This document shows positions 40,353 to 43,664 of a stretch of 43,664 bases of DNA, piece by piece. The position numbers and the translations under genes are program-made. The notes beneath the pieces are model-generated. The model was given only the letters and a program-made list of their open reading frames with translations, was not told the origin of the DNA and did no database searches. This DNA comes from an uncultured Bacilli bacterium. Lineage in GTDB: Bacteria > Bacillota_I > Bacilli_A > RF39 > UBA660. Each line of letters starts with the position of its first letter. The first letter of the stretch is position 1. Where the stretch lies: positions 1-43,664 of the forward strand of contig CALVIE010000004.1 of the NCBI GenBank assembly GCA_944329385.1, read 5' to 3'.

Positions 40353-40384
40353 AAGCCCACACTATTTTTAATAGTGCAGGCTCT
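40353..40384 (-). terminator. Hairpin after rplL (probable terminator/attenuator)
   Basis: Minus strand GAGCCTGCACTAT-TAAAA-ATAGTGTGGGCTT; weak U tail. Confidence 0.5.
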
Positions 40385-40394
40385 TTAACCTCAT

Positions 40395-40763
40395 TTATTT
40401 AACTTCAACAGTTGCGCCAGCTTCTTCGAATTTTGCTTTTAATTCATCTGCTTCTGAAGTAGGAATATTTTCTTTGATTGTTCCACCGTTATCAGCAATA
40501 TCTTTAGCTTCTTTTAATCCTAAACCAGTAACTTCTTTGATTAATTTGATAACTGGTAATTTGTTAGGACCAGCTGATGTTAAAGTAACTGTAACTGTTG
40601 ATGGTCCAGCTGCTTCTTCAGCTTGAGCAGGTGCGGCAGCAACAGCTACTGCAGATGGGTCAACACCAAATTCCTCCTTCATAGCGTCTACTAATTCCAT
40701 AACTTCAAGCATAGACATTTCTTTTAAACTAGCGATAAATTCATCTTTATTAATTTTTGCCAT
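40395..40763 (-). CDS. rplL: 50S ribosomal protein L7/L12
   Basis: EEFGV, Ala-rich hinge, TGLGLKEAK, EEAGATVEVK. Confidence 0.98.
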   Translation of the reverse strand: MAKINKDEFIASLKEMSMLEVMELVDAMKEEFGVDPSAVAVAAAPAQAEEAAGPSTVTVTLTSAGPNKLPVIKLIKEVTGLGLKEAKDIADNGGTIKENIPTSEADELKAKFEEAGATVEVK

Positions 40764-40778
40764 TTAAATCATTCCTTT

Positions 40779-41279
40779 CTAATTGTTTTCTTTTTCTAAA
40801 TCTTGTCTATATAAATCTAAGCATATAGATAAGCTTTTAAGTGGGTAGATAAGTCCACTTGCAAGCATTGTAAGTAATCCTTCTCTTGATGGTAATTTTG
40901 ATAGTTCTGATAGTTTTGCTTCATCAGTTTTTTCGCCTTCGATTAATCCTGTTTTAACTACTAAGGCTGGATGTTTTTTAGCAAAGTCATATAAAGTTTT
41001 GACTGGAGCTATTGCATCTGTTCCGAAAGCCATTGCTTTTGGTCCTTTTAAATCTTCATTAAAATCAAGTTTTAGTGAATCGAATGCTCTTTTTACTAAA
41101 GTATTTTTATAGATTTTAAATTCTGAATCTGTGTCTTTTAAGGCTCTTCGAAGTTCATTTGTTTCATCTACGGTTAATCCTTGATATTCAAATAAAACCA
41201 TTCCTTTAGCATTTTTTGTTTTTTCAGCGATTTCATCAATGATTTGCTGTTTTTTATCTAAGATTTTTTGATTAGCCAA
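40779..41279 (-). CDS. rplJ: 50S ribosomal protein L10
   Basis: YQGLTV, KNTL, LPSREGLLTML; TTG start. Confidence 0.97.
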   Translation of the reverse strand: MANQKILDKKQQIIDEIAEKTKNAKGMVLFEYQGLTVDETNELRRALKDTDSEFKIYKNTLVKRAFDSLKLDFNEDLKGPKAMAFGTDAIAPVKTLYDFAKKHPALVVKTGLIEGEKTDEAKLSELSKLPSREGLLTMLASGLIYPLKSLSICLDLYRQDLEKENN

Positions 41280-41309
41280 CTTTTAGCACCTCTCTTTCCG
41301 TTTGCCGTT

Positions 41310-41410
41310 TAAAAAAGCTCTGGGTATTATGCCAGAGCTAAAAGACTTTATTTAAATGTCTCGGTAGGAAATTAAGCTTTGGGCACCTACTGTCTACGGC
41401 ACAATTAAAT
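41310..41410 (-). promoter_or_regulatory. L10 leader RNA with attenuator terminator
   Basis: Minus strand CCGTAGACAGTAGGTG...CTTAAT..CCTACCGAGAC followed by AGCTCTGG-N8-CCAGAGCT-TTTTT; GTGTTATAAT extended -10 at 41430-41421. Confidence 0.88.
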
Positions 41411-41438
41411 TTACAAATTCATTATAACACAGCTTTAA

Positions 41439-42134
41439 TTATTTGTCAAAGCTTGCTACATCTACTTTAATACCAGGTCCCATAGTTGATGATAAAGAAA
41501 TGTTTTTAACATAAGTTCCTTTAACAACACTTGGTTTAGATTTGATAATTAAAGTAACAAAGGTTTTTAAGTTTTCTAATAAATCTTCATCACTAAATGA
41601 AACTTTACCAATTAATGCATGAACGTTACCAAATGAATCAGTACGATATTCAACACGTCCTTTTTTTACCTCTTCTACGGCTTTTTTTGTATCCATAGTA
41701 ACTGTTCCTGTTTTAGGGTTTGGCATTAAGCCTTTTGGACCTAAGATACGTCCGATTTTACCTAAGGCAGGCATCATATCTGGTGTAGCGATTAAGGTGT
41801 CGAAATCAAACCAATTTTCTTTACTGATTTTTTCAATCATATCAGTGTCTCCAACATAATCTGCACCAGCTTCTTTTGCTGCTTTAGCTGCTTCACCTTT
41901 AGCAATTACTAAAACTTTTTTAGTTTTTCCTGTTCCTTTTGGTAAAACTACAGCACCTCTTAATTGTTGATCTGCTTTTTTAGTATCTAAATTTAAATGC
42001 ATAGCAACTTCAACTGAAGCGTCAAATGTTGCATAAGAAGTTTCTTTTACTAATTTAACAGCTTCTTCTTTAGTGTAAAGTTTATTTTTTTCAAGCTTTT
42101 CAGCTTTTTCTAAATATTTTTTACCTTTTTTCAT
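41439..42134 (-). CDS. rplA: 50S ribosomal protein L1
   Basis: [27 protein letters not shown]; true ATG at 42134 after AAGGAGG (track start 42173). Confidence 0.98.
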   Translation of the reverse strand: MKKGKKYLEKAEKLEKNKLYTKEEAVKLVKETSYATFDASVEVAMHLNLDTKKADQQLRGAVVLPKGTGKTKKVLVIAKGEAAKAAKEAGADYVGDTDMIEKISKENWFDFDTLIATPDMMPALGKIGRILGPKGLMPNPKTGTVTMDTKKAVEEVKKGRVEYRTDSFGNVHALIGKVSFSDEDLLENLKTFVTLIIKSKPSVVKGTYVKNISLSSTMGPGIKVDVASFDK

Positions 42135-42139
42135 ATTTA

Positions 42140-42176
42140 CCTCCTTGTGGTTTTTGCGGATTATTCCTCCCACATA
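42140..42176 (-). promoter_or_regulatory. L1-binding autoregulatory site upstream of rplA
   Basis: GTGGGAGGAATAATCCGCAAAAACCAC directly before the RBS, resembling Firmicute L1 sites. Confidence 0.7.
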
Positions 42177-42183
42177 TCATGGG

Positions 42184-42609
42184 TTATTCTTCAACTTTAA
42201 CGCCCATATTTCGAGCTGTACCTTCGATGATTTTCATTGCTTCATCAACGGTATAACAGTTTAAATCTGGAAGTTTTGTTTCAGCTATTTCTCTAAGTTT
42301 ATCTTTAGAAAGAGTTGCGACAGTTTCGTTTTTACCATTAACTGAGCCTTTCTTGATTCCGCAAGCTTTTTTTATTAAGAAAGCTGCTGGTGGAGTTTTA
42401 ACTACAAAGCTAAAACTTCTGTCCTCATTAACTGTGATTTCAACTGGAAGAATATCTCCCATTTTATCTCTAGTTGCTTCATTAAACTGATTACAAAAAT
42501 CTCCTAAATTAATTCCTGCAGGTCCTAAAGCTGTACCAACTGGTGGAGCTGGTGTTGCTTTTCCGGCTGCAATTTGGATTTTAATTTTTTTAACTGCATC
42601 TTTTGCCAC
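42184..42609 (-). CDS. rplK: 50S ribosomal protein L11
   Basis: [21 protein letters not shown]; GTG at 42609 after AGGAGG (track start 42618). Confidence 0.98.
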   Translation of the reverse strand: MAKDAVKKIKIQIAAGKATPAPPVGTALGPAGINLGDFCNQFNEATRDKMGDILPVEITVNEDRSFSFVVKTPPAAFLIKKACGIKKGSVNGKNETVATLSKDKLREIAETKLPDLNCYTVDEAMKIIEGTARNMGVKVEE

Positions 42610-42634
42610 GAAAAACACCTCCTATAATTTTTTT

Positions 42635-42684
42635 CGTGGGTGGTTCCAATGATTATCCGCGTTTCAATTGGTAATCTCCCACTT
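42635..42684 (-). promoter_or_regulatory. Probable L1-binding leader upstream of rplK
   Basis: GTGGGAG...CCAAT...ATTGG..ACCAC stem arrangement. Confidence 0.55.
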
Positions 42685-42767
42685 TCTATATTAAAAAATA
42701 ATATAGCGTATTAATAATAGCACATTTGAATGTAAATGTAAATAATTATATTGCATTATATGTTTGA

Positions 42768-43292
42768 TTATGCTTTTGAAATTTGCGATAATTCAAGTTC
42801 AACAATTGTTTCTTGTCCGAATAAGTCGATAGAAACTTCTAGTTTAGCTTCTTTTAAATTAACTGATTTGATAGTTCCATACATGCCTTCGAATGGTCCA
42901 GAGATAACTTTGACTTTTTCTCCTTCTTTTAAATCATTTTCGGCATCTAGTCTACTCATACCCATTGATCCTAAAATTTTATCTACTTCGGCTGGTGTTA
43001 ATGGAAATGGCTTAGCACCTTTTCCTGATGATCCAATAAATCCTGTTACACCTGGGGTGTTTCTAACTATAAACCAAGCTTCGTCAGTCATAATCATCTC
43101 TACTAAGATATAACCAGGGAAAAGTTTGACTTGCTTTTCTTTTCCATTTGCATCAACTACTGTTTCTTCTGGGACAACAACTCTCAATATATAATCTTCC
43201 ATGCCCATTGAACTAGCACGCATTTCTAGTTTTTCTTTGACTTTATTTTCATGTCCTGAATATGTATTTACGACATACCACTGTTTTTCCAT
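42768..43292 (-). CDS. nusG: Transcription termination/antitermination factor NusG
   Basis: WYVVNTYSGHENKVK, FPGYILVEM, RNTPGVTGF, KOW GPFEG. Confidence 0.98.
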   Translation of the reverse strand: MEKQWYVVNTYSGHENKVKEKLEMRASSMGMEDYILRVVVPEETVVDANGKEKQVKLFPGYILVEMIMTDEAWFIVRNTPGVTGFIGSSGKGAKPFPLTPAEVDKILGSMGMSRLDAENDLKEGEKVKVISGPFEGMYGTIKSVNLKEAKLEVSIDLFGQETIVELELSQISKA

Positions 43293-43295
43293 TAG

Positions 43296-43499
43296 TTACC
43301 CCTCCAATAATGTTCTTATAAATGCAATAATAACGTCTGATAAAATAAAGAATAATGCGAATATTATAATGCATATTAATACTGCGAGTGAATATTTGAA
43401 CATTTCTTTTTTCTTTGGCCATCTTACTTGTTTGAATTCTCCTCTAAGTCCACCTAAAAATTTCTTTTTTTCTTTTTTTTCTTTTTTGTTTTTTGCCAT
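43296..43499 (-). CDS. secE: Preprotein translocase SecE
   Basis: EFKQVRWP plus one TM; upstream of nusG. Confidence 0.93.
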   Translation of the reverse strand: MAKNKKEKKEKKKFLGGLRGEFKQVRWPKKKEMFKYSLAVLICIIIFALFFILSDVIIAFIRTLLEG

Positions 43500-43549
43500 A
43501 CAACCTCACCTTTTTTTCAAATAAAAAACACTTTTTCGTGTCTACTAAT

Positions 43550-43578
43550 AAATTAACACATAAAGTGCTTTTTGTCAA
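43550..43578 (-). promoter_or_regulatory. secE-nusG promoter
   Basis: TTGACA (43578-43573), 17 bp, TAATTT with extended TG. Confidence 0.6.
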
Positions 43579-43664
43579 TGAAAATATTTTTTTGAGTTTC
43601 GGTTTTTTACGAAAAAAATTATGAAAATTTTATTAAAATAAATAATCTTTAAAATTTTGGATAA

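Noticed and set aside
1324-43524. Many short plus-strand ORFs (e.g. 1324..1587, 15249..15539, 17198..17488, 25259..25444, 29770..30075, 42751..43113)
   Set aside because: Antisense or alternate-frame shadows of well-supported genes, with no recognisable motifs; the duplicated 96-aa ORF only reflects the TIR repeat
1-43664. CRISPR array, tRNA or rRNA genes
   Set aside because: Intergenic gaps are short and show no regularly spaced repeats or cloverleaf signatures

Overview
Low-GC chromosomal segment, nearly all genes on the minus strand, standard genetic code 11. It is most consistent with a genome-reduced member of class Bacilli (RF39/UBA660-like; inference from gene style). The right third is core: secE-nusG-rplK-rplA-rplJ-rplL-methyltransferase-rpoB-rpoC, with two L1-binding leaders and an L10 leader. 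The middle holds smc (short form), an ABC-F ATPase, pilC/pilD, gpmI, queH and several lineage-specific orphans, including a HExxH protein split by one in-frame TAA. The left end holds a MarR + heterodimeric ABC exporter operon and an OmpR-family two-component pair. The standout is 9624-17484: three tandem paralogues with the architecture Zn-ribbon / TPR-like / TIR (WxxxE intact) / about 5 TM / divergent C-terminal SH3b-like domain. They are followed by an SPFH double-zinc-ribbon gene and a membrane partner, and are bracketed by two polysaccharide deacetylase paralogues. The copies have near-identical signalling halves and divergent putative sensor halves, and the middle copy is a mosaic of its neighbours. 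This suggests a diversifying, Toll-like-receptor-like transmembrane TIR system (hypothesis). Two ORFs labelled minus in the track (23752..24093 and 25174..25425) read on the plus strand. No rRNA, tRNA, CRISPR, integrase or transposase was seen.
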